From Selaginella moellendorffii (Eukaryota; Plantae; Lycopodiophyta): a stretch of 64,000 bases of DNA. Each line of letters starts with the position of its first letter. Position 1 is the stretch's first letter. The position numbers and the translations under genes are program-made. Location of the stretch: contig NW_003314444.1 in the NCBI RefSeq assembly GCF_000143415.4, forward strand, positions 56,463-120,462. The letters run 5' to 3'. Below the pieces are notes generated by a model. The model was not told the origin of the DNA, ran no database searches, and worked only from the letters and a program-made list of their open reading frames with translations. Positions 24,790 through 39,100 of this stretch are shown piece by piece.

Positions 24790-25200
24790 ATGTGTCATGC
24801 AATGCCTCTCAAGCGAGGCTATAGATTCACATATGTGAACTTTCTTCTGGCATGCACACATCATGTGGCTTTGAGCTACGGTCTATGGAGCCATTGGCAG
24901 CTCAGCATGAACACAATGAAGGGCATTATGGATCCCAAGGACTGCTTCAGTTGCAAGAAAATCCTTGGAGGAAACTCTACCAGATAATATAACTAAGGAT
25001 TGAGTAGTCTTGAAATTTTGTGTTTTGTAGTCTTGCTCTAGCCTTGGAGACTCACACTTTGACTTGCTAGTGGACAGTTTTGCCAGAGGTGACAGCATAG
25101 GTAGTGCAACAAAACTGGTCTGCAATTTTGAGCTACATGCCTAGCATTTCCCGTTGCATGGCTGGTGCAGAAGACATTGCGTCATCTATCCAAGGAGGAC
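24790..25200 (+). pseudogene. PLS/E-type PPR gene relic
   Basis: RFTYVNFLLACTH and HFDLLVDSFARGDSIGSATKLV..CRRH resemble PPR L2/S2/E motifs; frameshifted. Confidence 0.45.
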
Positions 25201-28200
25201 AATGCCTTACCCCTACAGTGTTAGACTAAGAGCCTGGGAAAGACTTGCACAGGAGTAAGGTCCAAATATATAAGATGAATAAATAATTTGCTGAGAATTA
25301 TGTAAGAAAGTTATGGCAAACACAAATATATAAAATGAAATAAATAATTTGCTGCACATTGCATGCACCAACACTTGGTTTGCTTAATACTAGTATCATT
25401 TATGTTTAGTATTATTTATTAATCCAATTGTTCAAATGGAAGTTTATCATTATAGGCATATTTATAATTTATAAACACAAAAATAATCTGGATGAATAAT
25501 AGCTATTAGACAGTAAAACATCCTAAATACCCAAGCATATCATGTGACATCCCTAACTCCACAAGGAACTTTAGGTGACTTCCATGTCTTTTATCATAAA
25601 TAAACACCCTTTAAAGGTCCTTTATGGTAGACCTAGAAATGATATACTATAATAAGAAATCAAGAAAGATGAAGTAAAATATCAACTTTTCCTTTACCAT
25701 CTACTTATTAAGTTGTCTTGATGTCGCAAATGTGACTTCGGGTATCGAAAAATACTTGTCGGCCAGTCTTTACAGATCTTTCTTTACTGCCATGATGGCA
25801 GAAGGTCAATACAGTTGGTTCCCTTTATTGTTCCCACTTGATCTAGTTGAGAAACTGGTCAATGACCATGTACTTAAATCGAATAAATATAAGGTAGGAA
25901 CCCTATGTGTTTCTTGCTGAGCATACTTTGCCTGGTTTGAGAAACTCCTGTCATTAACTTGCACTTGCTAGTATCAAGAACCCCCACATATTGAGACTAA
26001 TCCCTCAATATCGCTGAATGATAACTTACCGTGTTTGCCAAACACCCTTGCTATTATGCTCTTAGTGTTAGTCTCATTTTTGTCCCAAATGCTAATTATG
26101 CAAAGTGTCTAGATTTGCTCATTTGGCATATCTACGGAATGTAGAGATTGGTCTAAACACAATGGTGTTTGTCCCGTGTCCAAATTCTGAATCTAGTGCC
26201 ATTCCATATTTAGTAAGTTTCGAGCTTGTCCCAGAGACTAACTCCTGATACTAAGGGAGGCTTGGGGTGAAAGCCCAAAGCATGTGTTCCTCAAAGGGGG
26301 GGGGGTTCCAAATGTATAGTAGAGATAGTGGTTAGAATGCATGTCCGACCATTTGAGACATTAGTTTAGCTCCCGCTAAGCTATGTCGCTCCTTGTTCTA
26401 TGTCCAGCTTGGGTCTAAGCCCAAGCTCCACGCTGCTCTAGTCGGTGGGGTACCTTCCTCCTCTCGTTAGGCCACCAGTATGCCAAAATTGTGCTAGACT
26501 TCATCTGACACCATTTTGCATGCAAGTGCTAGATACGGGGAGCTAGTTCTCGTGGGATTGTACTGGACCCTCGTTTCATAGTGCAACAGGCTTGGAGTTC
26601 AGCTCCAAATTGAGGTGCACTACATTTGGTATCAGAGAAATTGTCTCAGCAATTCCTATCCAACTTTTGTCGGATTTTCTAACTCAAGTTGCATACACAG
26701 AGACTTTTCTAGTAGATCCGAAGTGACCTGTGTAGGATTAGTTGGATTGCACCATTCGGTTAGAACGTTGTATGCTTGTTAAGTTACTGATAGATGCATA
26801 TATGCAGTTAATAGAATGGTGAAGAGGAACTGTGCTGATGACGCTAAAACCTCTAGTCGAGAAAATCGAGAGGAGGAAACTCCTACTAGAGGTGCTGTGG
26901 AAGAGGCTAAGGTTGAGTTAAAAGAGGAAGAGCCAGATGCTACGGCATTGCAGCATACGGCTCAAGAAGTCGAGATTGAGAATTTGCGAAAGGAGATTCG
27001 CAAATTGAAGAAGGAGAACAAGAAGGACGACTGGGTCTATGATATGGAAAACTATTTCATAGCAGCAAAGGTAGATGATCGTACGAAAGTTGCATACGTG
27101 CAATCCTTTCTCACCGATCATGCCAAAACTTGGTGGCACTAGGTGTGTGCTGAAAAAGGGCAGACTAGAAGTTGGACCAAGATGCGGTCTCGTATCCGTA
27201 AGGAATACCTGCTGGATGATCTTGGTCTGAGACTTTGTGCGGAGCTGCAGTAGTTAAAGCAGCGAGGGGATCTCATGCATTACGTTAATGCGTTTGCTCA
27301 GAAGTGCATTATGATTGCAAATATGAGTGACAAAGATGTTCGGAGTTATTTCCTGAAGGGTTTAAGTTCACTTTCTCGTAATGAGATTTTGAAGTTTAAG
27401 CCGAAGACGTATCTGGAGTGTGAGGAAGCAGCACAGCAAGTTGCATTTAGTCACTCACTCATGGAACAATATTAGCAATCGTATGTTAGTAATTCGGATA
27501 AGAATAAAAATTCTTTAAATAAACAAGGTGATTGGAAATTGAGGGTGGAAGGCAGGTTCCGCCCTGGAGGCTCACAAGCTATGGTTAACAAAGGTGGTGG
27601 TGGTTGGAGACCACCAGCAGCTTCTTTTGGTCCTAGGCCTTCTGTTCCTCCTCCTGGTAGATACAAGCAGTAGCAACTTACAAAACCTACTCCTAGCGGA
27701 ATGGGTAGTGTGGGTCATTGCTTCCATTGTGGAGAGTTAGGACATAGGTCCTCAGAATGCCCCAACAAGCATAAGACAAGGTCTCGGGTTAATGTCATGA
27801 GGGAAGACGGTGGTGGCGAAGCTGAAGGGGTTGACAAGTTGGTCAATGCAAATTATGAAGAAGAGGAGGTGAGTTACTTTCGTTGCTTTCCTCAAGCTTT
27901 TCTCGCAGTCAATGCAAACACTGATCCGTTGATATATTTGGTAGGCTTTGTCCGTAGACACTGAATCCAAGTGATGATTGACACAGGAGCTACTCACAGT
28001 GTGATATCCGAAGACTTAGTTAAGTTGTTAGGATTGAATGTTGAGCAAATGTCGCCTATGCACTTCTGGTTTGCAGAAGGTGGGCAAGTAGCTAGAAAGT
28101 TTGTGAGTGATGTTCCAATAAAAATATCCAAGTGGAAAGAAAGAGTGGACTTGGTAATGTTGAAGATACCAGATTTTTAGATGGTGTTTGGTATGGACTT

Positions 28201-29135
28201 CTTCAACAAATATATAAAAGGGATTTATGGTGCTGGATAAAGTCGTATCATATTGAAGTGATATTGAAAAAGACGTCCTGATGTGTCCTTTCAGTTGCAA
28301 AAGTGCTCCTCAAAGGATTGGGATGCTAAGTTCCTAACTACAAGGGCTGCTCAAAAAGCAGGTAAGAAGGGATCTTGGACCTTTTGGGTTCAGATGATGG
28401 AAGCTAAGGGTATTGGTGACTTAGTTTGTAGCGGCGATAGAGTTGATCCTGTACCAAAGAAGATATTGGAGTTGTTGGCGAGGAATCAGGATATCTTTCC
28501 GAAGGATTTACCGCCAGGGCTACCTCCTAGCTATGAGGTTAATCATTGGATTGAGGTTATTCTAGGTTCTAAACCACCTACAAATGCTTTGTATCGTCTG
28601 AACATCAAGGAGATGGCTAAACTCAAGAAGCAACTCACGGAGCTTCTTGACAAATGTCATATCCGACCAAGCAAGTCACCTTATGGAGCGCCAGTTCTTT
28701 TTGTTATGAAAAAGGATGGAACTATAAGGATGTGTATTGACTATCGGGCACTCAACAAGATCACAGTTAAAAACAGTTATCCTTTGCTTCGCATTGATGA
28801 CTTGTTTGACCAACTCTTAAAGGCTAAGTATTTTAGACGACTTGATTTGCGGTCCAGGTATCATCAGATATAGGTGGCGGATCAGGATGTGGAAAAGACA
28901 GCCTTCAAGACTCGATATGGATCTTATGAGTTCCTTGTCATGCCGTTTGGGTTATGCAATGCTCCAACAACGTTCAGCACTATGATGGATAGAATATTCG
29001 GAGATTATTTGGACACATTTGTTGTCCTATATATCGACGAAGTTCTAGTCTTCAGCAAAATGTTGGAGGATATTTTGAAACACTTAGAGCTAGTGTTTCA
29101 CAAGTTGCGGGAACACAAACTGTATGCTAAGGAAA

Positions 29136-32100
29136 TGTCGCGAATGTGACTTCGGGTATCAAAAGTTACCTGTCGGCCAGTCCTTACGAACACTCTTACC
29201 TTACTGCCACGATGGCAGGAGGTCAGTATTGCTAGACACTTTATTAGTCCCTCTTATGCTAGTGGAGTTAACTGGGCATTTCGAGTGTACTTCGACCAGA
29301 CGAGCATAAGGATGGAATTCCTACATGTTATTAGCTAAACATACTTAGCCCGGTAAGGAGTTCCCATCTCATTTTGTCTTGCACTTGCTAGTGACAAGAA
29401 CCCTTGCGTATTGAGATTGGTCCCTCAATATTACTGGATGATAGTTTACCGTGTCTGCCAAACACCCTCACTATCATGCCCTTTGTGTTAGTCTCATTTC
29501 GGTCCCAAATGCTATTTATGGAAAATGTCCAGATTTGCTCATTTGGCATATCTACGGAATGTAGAGATTGGCTTGAACACAATGGTGTTCGTCTCGTGTC
29601 TAAATTCACAATCTAGGGACATTCCATATTTAGTAAGTTTCGAGCTTGTCCCAAAGACTAACTCCTAATACTAAGGGAGGCTTGGGGTGAAAGCCCAAAG
29701 CGTGTGTTCCTCGGGGGCGGGGGGGGGGCGCTGCGGGGGAGAGGGGGGGGGGGGGCTGCGGGGGAGAGGGGGCTGCGGGAGAGGGGGGGGAGCTGCGGGG
29801 GGTTCCAAATGTATAGTAGGGATAGTGGGTAGATCGGGTATGGCTGACTAACCTGAGGCATAGTCTAGCTCCCGCTTGCGTGCCTGTCCTTGTTCTGCGT
29901 CTGGCTTGGGTCTAAGCCCAAGTTCCATTCCATGCTAGCTGGTGGAGTACCCATATCCTCACATTAAGCCACTGGTATGCCGAAATAGCGTCAGACTTCA
30001 TTTGGCTTCGTTTTGCGTGTTGGTCCTGGTATTAAGATGCTGGTTGCTCCAGGACTGTTCCAAGTCGCTCCGGGCTCCTATCCCTTTGCTCCTTGGGCTG
30101 TATGCTCGGGAGTTGCTCCGTGGTTCGGTTCTGTCACTCCTTGGCTCCAAGCTTGGGAGTTTGGCACCGTTCCTTTGTTCAGTGGCCCAAGGCCCTGAAA
30201 CTCGGGTTCCACACCACTGTCCTTTGGACACATGGCATGTGACACGTGGCATCTGTCACGTGGCACAAAGAGGGTTTAGGTTCTGCTTCGTGGTGTTATC
30301 CTATGGTAAATCACTATAGGATAAAGGGTAAAAACCACATGTGCTACATTTGGTATCAGAGGATGAGTCTCAGCGAGTACTATTCAATGAGATTGGGCAA
30401 CTAGTCTTGTTGCATACACAGAGATGAAAACGATGATCTGAGTGGGTACACATTTGGGTGCAAAGGCTTTGCATTTGTTTCTTGGATAGGGATTAGTCTA
30501 TTGATTCAGTAGTCATTGCTATGCTCTCTCATAAACTTTTCTTGGATTGGACTAAAGGCAGTGCGAAAGCCAACTTGAGGTTAAGTCAAAGTTAAGACTG
30601 AAAAGAGAGTTGTCAGGGACGAAGGATCAAACACGTTAATCATTTTCTCTTTTTAAGGATATGATTTGCAACGAGGTGTTAACTCATTTATGTAACTCAT
30701 TTACATTATGTAATCAAGAGTCCCTACCTTGATGCATATTGGAAATGATGGTCTTATAAATGGTGAGTTATGGGATGGATAGCAGTGAAGTATACCATTT
30801 TGTCTAAGCTTGCTATTGGAAGACTTGGGTTGCAATGCTCAATTCTTTTCTGGGGAATCTTACTATTGCTTTTTGAGTAGCTTGGTGTTGGATTAGTGTT
30901 GAGTTTGGTCGAAAAGAGAGTGACATGAGTTTGTCTGTGTTGTGAACAAAAGTTAGTGGTGTTGGGTGTTGTAAATCTCTATCGGTGAAGTGTGGCATTT
31001 ATGTTGCATTTTGTCAAATCGAGTTAGCACTTGATATTCACATAAACATTTAAAGTAATGACATGGGCATTGCTGGTAGTGTTGCTTAATGGATGATCAA
31101 GATATTGTGATTCTTATATCATGTCTATGTGATAATGAGTAATGTGTTTACAAAGTTGCTTGGGTAAACGATGATCAACCCCAAAGTGGTTGATGGAGAA
31201 GCTAATCTACTTGCAAGTAGTAGCATTATAGTAGCTTTGACTGGATTCTCGATGGTGGTTCATTATGCTAAGCTTAAGTTGGTACCTTGTTTCCTTGAGT
31301 TTGCTCATAAGGTGTTAGAAAAGAGTTGTAACATTCATTTGCTATAGCTCGTTAGTTGATCTGTTAGCACTTGGAGTAAATTGTTGCATTGACATCACTA
31401 GCACTTGTGCTAGTGGAGATGACATTGTTATGTTGAGTGATGAGGAGTTTTTCCTTAAACTTGATTTTTTATGTCATTTTTCTTGTTAGTGTTTTGGCTT
31501 CACATTGGATCTTAAAGGTGGTTGAAGAAGAGTGTTAGTGCAATGTGGATATCCGAAGATGTGGTCTTCGTGATCAAGCTTTAGATGTTCATTTTGCGCT
31601 TTACGGATGTCTGTGTTGGATATTGGTTAGATGGGCAAGGATGTTCGATGCTTTAGCATATTTATGGATCTTGAGAATTTGTGTTGAGGTAAACCTATGT
31701 GAAGTTATTAGTAAGAGGAAGTTGGTTGAGTCTTGAAAGTTTGCATTCCTAAACTGAGAGTCATTCTTTCTCTAGGATGGAAAATTTCCGCAAATTTTCC
31801 TAGGCTTTTCTAATGGCTGATCTGTTGATCACTTTGCCGAAAACCATTCCATTTTCGTAAGCCAATACAAACTAGTGAAGGGGTTGGAGTTGACTTTGGT
31901 TGGCTTAGACTTTAGTAAGTAGTTTGTATGATGCAGCCCGAAAGGGATGCTAACTTTTGGGGCTAAGGCAATTGAGTTGGATAGAGTCTAGAGTTGGATA
32001 GGAAAGTGGCCGTTGCACTTTTCTAAGAAAAGTGACCCTTGTGCCTTTCTTCTATAACGTTGTGCTTGGTGGTAGTTTACACCTTGCATTTCGTTAGACT

Positions 32101-35100
32101 CTATGAGAGTAGTGAGCTCTCACTAATCTTGATTTGGTCTTGGTGGTCCTGCACCTTGGCTAAGGATGGTGATGTCCAACTTAGTTGTTTGAGGTTGAGA
32201 TGTTGGTACTCATATTATAGCTTTGTCTATGAGGAGGTTGTGTACCGATATGAGTCCATCTCGTGGTCTTCACTTTAGTTTCATCTAAGTGTTGATTATG
32301 CATAGCTAGCCTCTTCAAGGCATACTCAGAGCTATTGGCTAGACGTGTTGGTAAGCTTATTGTGGTTGAGTTGGATTCGAGTAGTCATTTAGTTCATATC
32401 TGTCCATGAACCTTTATCTTGTGCTTGAGGTATTACGTTTATGTTGGACAAGTATATGACTTGATGATATGAGTTTAGTGTTAGGTCTTGTGAAGGCAAG
32501 TTGAGGAATGATTGTTAGTTGCTTTACAACTAATGATTGCTTGTAGACTTTGTCGAGGACTGTTTGACACTTGCTTTACTCGATGATGATTTAGCAGTGA
32601 TGGGCTTGCATTATCGATAGTGTTGCGGAGGATCATGTTGTTAGACTTACATGGGTTTTCCATGTTGGCATATCGATTCTACCTCTGTCGATATCATTTG
32701 GTGACGTTTAGTCTATGGTATTGGATTTTATTGAATCTTGGATGTGGTGATTCATTCCTTAATGATGTGTTATCTGTAACTGGGTTTTGCTAAGGGATTA
32801 GTCTCGGATACTGAGTAAAATATCTTTGACTTTGGTTAGCTAAGTTGCTAGAGAGTTTTGGGTGGTGATTCACTCGTGTTTTCTTCTAGCTTTGTTATGG
32901 TGTTGATGGCATTGAAGTGATGCCTTGTCGTTGACATTGTTGATGTTGAAATTTGAGTGAAATGAAATGTCTCTCCAAAGATTGATATTAAGTTTCATTA
33001 GTCTTGATGAAGATAACGTTAATGATTTGGCTTTAGCTTTGTGTTATTGGCATTCATGCATTTGCTAGTTAGCAACTGTATTGACGTTCAAATGAACTGA
33101 GTGGCAACTTTGAGTTAGTTGTGTTCTAGATGAAATTATTTAGTAGAAGGTTGAGCTTTAGCTTTTCCTTGAAAAGTGATTTAGTCATGAACTATATTAG
33201 CTTTACAAGTAGAAGAGTTAGTGATCAATATTAAAATGTTGAATCTTTATTGGATTTGATTTGGAATATATTGATCATTGATGATTCTTATTGTGCTTGT
33301 TATGAAGTGAGTTACGTCTTGCTATAGATGGATTCATGGAGGATTGTTTAGTGATCACTTGTTGAGTATAATTTCATTGTGCTTAGTTTTTGGATTGATG
33401 CAGATATGCTCTTCATTAGCTTTGGCATTATAAAGTTTAGCTTATGGATGTGTTGAGGGGGATATTATGGGTTGTACCATGATTTCTCTTTAACATTGAA
33501 GTTAGTTTCAGTGAAACTCGTGATCATTTGTTAGGCAAGACTTAGCTATGGGCTTTTTAAAACTTTTGGTTCTTTGAGTTTATCATGCTCATTGTTCCAT
33601 TCGTTAGAAGTTGTTGGGGAAGGCATTTTAGCTCATTATCTTCAATGTTGAAGTTGGTTTTTGCATTTAGCAATCATTGATGATGATTGACTATCATCTA
33701 AGATAATTGATTATCCTTGTTAGCGGTTTTACTTGATTATTGTTGATCTAGAATGATTTGCCATTCTTCGGGATGGTGGATTCTTTGTTCGATGATGATT
33801 CTGCATCTTTTTATTGATGGGATGATTGATGATCTTTCATGATGGTTAGTTGTTCTTTACGAAGGCTTATTGCTTTTTTGCAATACCATATGTTCTTTGT
33901 GGTTTGCTCTGGATTGGTCTTTTGGGTTTGAGACATCAGTAGGACGTTGCTGACACTTGTTTAGGCAACTTGAGTTCCTTGGTATTGTTAATTGGGATCT
34001 ATTTAGATTTGCTGGTGCAATGGTTGGTATGACTAAGTGTTTATTGGTCTTACCACATTTATTATGTTCTATTGATCGTTGCTCAAGTTAGTTCTGATAG
34101 ATTTGGATGTTATTTCCTTTGGGTGATACATTTGCGAGCATTGTGTTTGTCAATCAATGATACTTTGTGTTCTTTGAGTTATCTTTGGTAAATTGTTTAG
34201 CATACTATCTACAATCTTGGGTAGTTATGTTTTCTCATTGAGTTTACTTGATGATATATTTGCTATTGAATTTTGTTGGATAATACATCCTATGTTTTCC
34301 AATCCTTCTGATCTTGGTGGTTTCTATCCTATCATACTAGTTTATCGGATAATAACTTACTTGGAATACTTTTGTGTTCTACTCTAAGCTTTATTCACTG
34401 ATAATTAAATCTCTACGATATCATTGTCTATGACTTTGATATTGTCCATCTATTGATCTTTGAGTTTGGGCCAGTATAGGCAGACTGGCTTCGGCACTTT
34501 GTGTGTATGGTGAAATCTCTAGTCATGGGGTAGCTACTATCACTGGTCACATAACCCGCCTCTCTGTCAATGTTCCTTATTCCGTTAAAAAGGGCGTGAC
34601 CGTGTAAACAACTCTAACTGCTTGTTTACAGTAGTCTATCTAAACCTTACCAACAGGTTTAGTTTCTTTGCTCAGGAGGGTTAGGGCCTCTGGCTTCTCT
34701 CTTTATGTTCTTGTGGGCAGGGGCATATCACACTTTTGTAAGCTGGATGACTCCCAAAGCAGCAAGGGTGGCTAACTCTGTTGGTCATTTCCTTGTCAAT
34801 GATAGCCGGAAGGTGTCTAATTGGGTAGCGCATCCGCATTAGACAAAGAGGTTGCCTCATAACTCATTTAAGTTGGTCCATTTCTCGTATAGTGTGAATA
34901 CCATGAACTTTTCTGGAGTTGTTTCCTTGATGGTATTCTAGACTCGAGTATGCATCGACAAGGATGTCGATTTTCCCTAGGGGGGGAGAGTGTCGCGAAT
35001 ATGACTTCGGTTATCGAAAGTTACCTGTCAGCCAGTCCTTACGGACACTCTTACCTTACTGCTATGATGGCAGGAGGTCGGTATTGCTGGACCCTTTATT

Positions 35101-35180
35101 AGTCCCTCTTGTGCTAGTGGAGTTAATTGGGCATTTCGAGTGTACTTAGACCGGACGAGCATAAGGATGGAATTCCTATG
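29136..35180 (+). mobile_element. Nested non-coding LTR element B (sister LTR family), inserted in the RT of element A
   Basis: 5' LTR 29136-30348; PBS 30351-30361; 4.6 kb interior without gag-pol; PPT GGGGGGGAGAG; truncated 3' LTR from 34991. Confidence 0.8.
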
Positions 35181-36164
35181 TTAATTTGCTTGTTTATAAT
35201 AGTTGTCTAAATCTTCCCGACGGGGTTGATTTCTTGCTCAGGGGACGTTGGGCCTCTGGCCTTCTCCCTATGTCCCTGCGGGCAGGGATGTATCATTCCT
35301 TTGTAAGCCGAGTGGTACTTGGAGTAGTAAGGGTGGCTAACTCTATTAGTCATTTTCCTTGTCGGCGACGGCCGGAGGGTGTCTAAGTCTTAACATCTTT
35401 GGATGTAAAGGAGAGGTCGTTCTATAACTCATTTAAGTCGGTGCATTTCGCACATAGTGTGCTTTCTTTTAACTTTTGAGGTTGTTTCCTTGACGGTTTG
35501 CTAGACTCGGGTACGCATTGACGAGGATGTCGATCTTCCCCAAGGGGGGGAGAGTGTCGCGAATGTGACTTCGGGTATCGAAAGAGACTTGTCGGCCAAT
35601 CCTTACGGACACTCTTTCTTTACTGCCATGATGGCAGAAGGTCAGTACAGTTGGTTCCCTTTATTGTTCCCACTTGAGCTAGTTGAGAAACTGGTCAATG
35701 ACTGTGTACTTAAATTGGATAAACATAAGGTAGGAACGCTAAGTGTTTCTTGCTGAGCATACTCAGCCTGGTTTGAGAAACTCCTGTCATTTGCTTGCAC
35801 TTGCTAGTATCAAGAACCCCCATATATTGAGATTAATCCCTCAATGTCGCTGAATAATAGCTTACCGTGTGTGCCAAACACCCTTGCTATCATGCTCTTA
35901 GTGTTAGTCTCATTTCGGTCCCAAATGCTAATTATGGAAAGTGTCTAGATTTGCTCATTTGGCATATCTATGGAATGTGGAGATTGGCCTGAACACAATG
36001 GTGTTCGTCCCATGTCAAAATTCTAAATCTAGTGCCATTTCATATTTAGTAAGTTTTGAGACTAACTCCTGATACTAAGGGAGGCTTGGGGTGAAATCCC
36101 AAAGCGTATATTCCTCAAGGGAGGGGGGGGGCGCTGTGGGGGGTTCCAAATGTATAGTAGGGAT

Positions 36165-39100
36165 TGTTAGGCACTAAGTCAGAGTAATAGAATAAAGAAA
36201 GGTCCTTGCAATCAAGTGATTACCCCTTCAGCCAGTTGGCTTAGGGTGTAAGGGGTAGGATCCTAACATTGGTATTAGAGAAGTTGGTTGCGATGGCCGA
36301 CCAAGTTGAACACTAGAATCCTATTGTCGATGGTGGTGCCGACAATGGTGCTAACAAAACTGCAGAGATTTGGGCCATTCAAGATGTGGTTCATGAGCTG
36401 CGAGCCCTTAACCGAAATCAGCAAGAGATGCAAGACGAGATGCATGGCATGATGGATACCAAGCGTGTTGAGGCACTCGAGGCTAGACGGGGTAGCACTC
36501 CAAGTAAGCCTTCTTTGGTAGATTGACTCAAGATTCCAAATTTTTCCGGTGATAGTGGTGTGGACAAGTGTCTCGCTTAACTAGCCAATGTGAAGAAGTT
36601 CTTGGCTATTAGGGGAACTCCAGATGCAAAGGCTTTAGTGGCTATTCCGATGGTTTTGTGTGATGCAAGTCTTTGATGGTGGAATTGGCTTGAGGAGTCT
36701 CATGTTGCGGATAAAAAACCACCAATGTCTACCATGGATGAGTTTGAGGCTGCTTTCTGTTTACGTTTTGCCCTTTATTACGACATGGAGAATTCTCGTA
36801 CAGAACTTTGACATTTCCAGCAAGGGAAAATGACACTTGGGGACTATATTGAGAAGCTTACTCACTTGATTAGTCGTGTTCCAATGATGGATCCAGATCA
36901 AAACAAGTCCTACTTCATTGATGGCCTACATAGTGAGAGCATGTGCCAACACTTGCGTCATTCTCAGCCTACAAAGAGTTTGGAGGAGCTCTTTGATGTG
37001 GCTCGTCAACTTGACAATGATAAGCACAAGTCTCACAAGCGTTCGTGGAGTCCTTCTATTGAGAATCGTCGTGATGATCGCTGTGGACATAAGGATGGGA
37101 ACAAGCATCACAAATTGATGTCGGTGGTGACTACTTCGGATGCAAAGGGGTCCAAGAAGCAGAAGTTCTTTGTGAAGAATTATAGATAGGGTTGTCATCA
37201 TTGCGGCAAACTTAGACACTACAAGGCTAATTGTTCGCAGTTGAAGAACAAGCAGCAGGACAAGAAGAATGGCCAATCTTCTTCTCACGGTAAGTCAGAT
37301 ACTAAAAAGTTGCAAACTTTACAGCATGAGGATGACGAGAACGACCATTCTGGTTGGAGAAAGAGACTTTCGATCGTTGCTCGTGAACTCAACTGTGTGT
37401 GGAACAAGATGGAGCTCGAGGATACATGTGAATCAGCTTTAATGCTGGAGGGCATGTTCTGTGGCAATCCAGTGCGGATTTTACTCGATAGTGGGAGCGA
37501 TGATAACTTTATTTTGGCAAAGTTTGTTGTAGAGCATGGCCTGGTCACACCCAGAGTTCTTCCATACATAGTGGAAGGTGCAGCTACCTCTGCTCAGCAT
37601 TTCGATGCTTGTGTCAAGGGGCTGGAAGTGTTGGTTGGCAAAGCCACACTTGTGGAGACTTTTTATCTTGCGGATATCCATCGTGTGGATCTCATTCTTG
37701 GGATGCCATGGTTGGTGAAGGTGGATCTAGAGATAAAGTGGAGTATTAAGCGTATCTCGCTGGAGTATGGTGGTGTTCAAGATGTGTGGTTTGGTGAGGG
37801 TGTTCAACCACCAATTGTTATGCTCTCTGCTACATCTTTGAAGTAGGCTTGTCGTAATGGAAAAGCACTTTTGAGTTACTTGTTGTTTGTTCATGCATTG
37901 GGGGACCAAGGCACATGTGGGGGAGAAGCAGCAGTAGGGGATGTACTTGACAAGTTTTTGATGTTTTTCCATCTGAACTTCCTCATGGGTTGCCTCTGTT
38001 ATGAGGTGTGGAGCATGGGATTACATTGGAGCCAGGGACACAGCCAATTTAATGGCGTCTATTTCGGTTAAGTTATGTGGAGGAGCAAAAATTCAACGAC
38101 AAGTTAAGGAGTTACTTGAGTTTGGATTCATTCAGCCAACTAAGTCTCTGTTTGGTGCTCCGGTCTTGTTTGTGAAGAAGAAGGACGATTCAATGCGGAT
38201 GTGTATTGACTACCACCCTTTGAACAAGAAGACAGTGAAGGATAAGATGCCAATGCCACGTGTGGATGATATCCTAGACAAGCTTGGTGAAGCACGAATG
38301 TTTACCAAAATTGATCTAAAGAGTGGATATCATCAGATTGCCATGGATGATGCATCTATCTCCAAGACGACATTCAATATAAGCTTCGGACACTTTGAGT
38401 TTACAGTTATGCCGTTTGGTTTGACGAATACACCAGCCACATTTACTCGGTTGATAACAAAGGTATTTGGGCGTTATCTTCATAAGTTTGTGAAGATTTT
38501 CTTGGACGATATTCTTGTTTTTAGCAAGAATATGGAGGAGCATAAGGTGCATTTGCGCAAGGTTCTTTTGTTGCTCCAAGACAGCAAACTTTATGCAAAG
38601 AAGAGCAAATGTGAATTTGCAAAGTCGAAGGTGGAATATCTAGGCCATATTGTGACATCTAAGGGTGTCAAGACAAATCCAAAGAAGGTGGCTGTGGTGG
38701 AAAACTAGCCTACACCAACTACAGTGGTCAAATTGCATAGTTTTCTTGGTATGGCTAGTTACTACCGACATTTCCAGCATAAGTTTGGAGAGGTGGCTAT
38801 TCCTTTGACGTGGTTGTTACGCAAGAATGTGCCATTCGAGTGGAAGAAGCCACAAGAGGAGAGTTTTGTGGTGCTGAAATGATTGTTGAGTGAAACTCCA
38901 ATGCTTCGCATTGCTAATCCATTGAAACCTTATGAGGTGACATGTGATGCGAGTGGTTATGCATTGGGAGGAGTTCTCATGCAAGAGGGACAGCCTATTG
39001 CATATGAGAGTCAAACTTTGAATTCCGTAAAGCAATGATATTCCACATATGAGCAAGAGTTACTCTCTACTGTTCATGCTTTGCAGACATGACAGCACTA

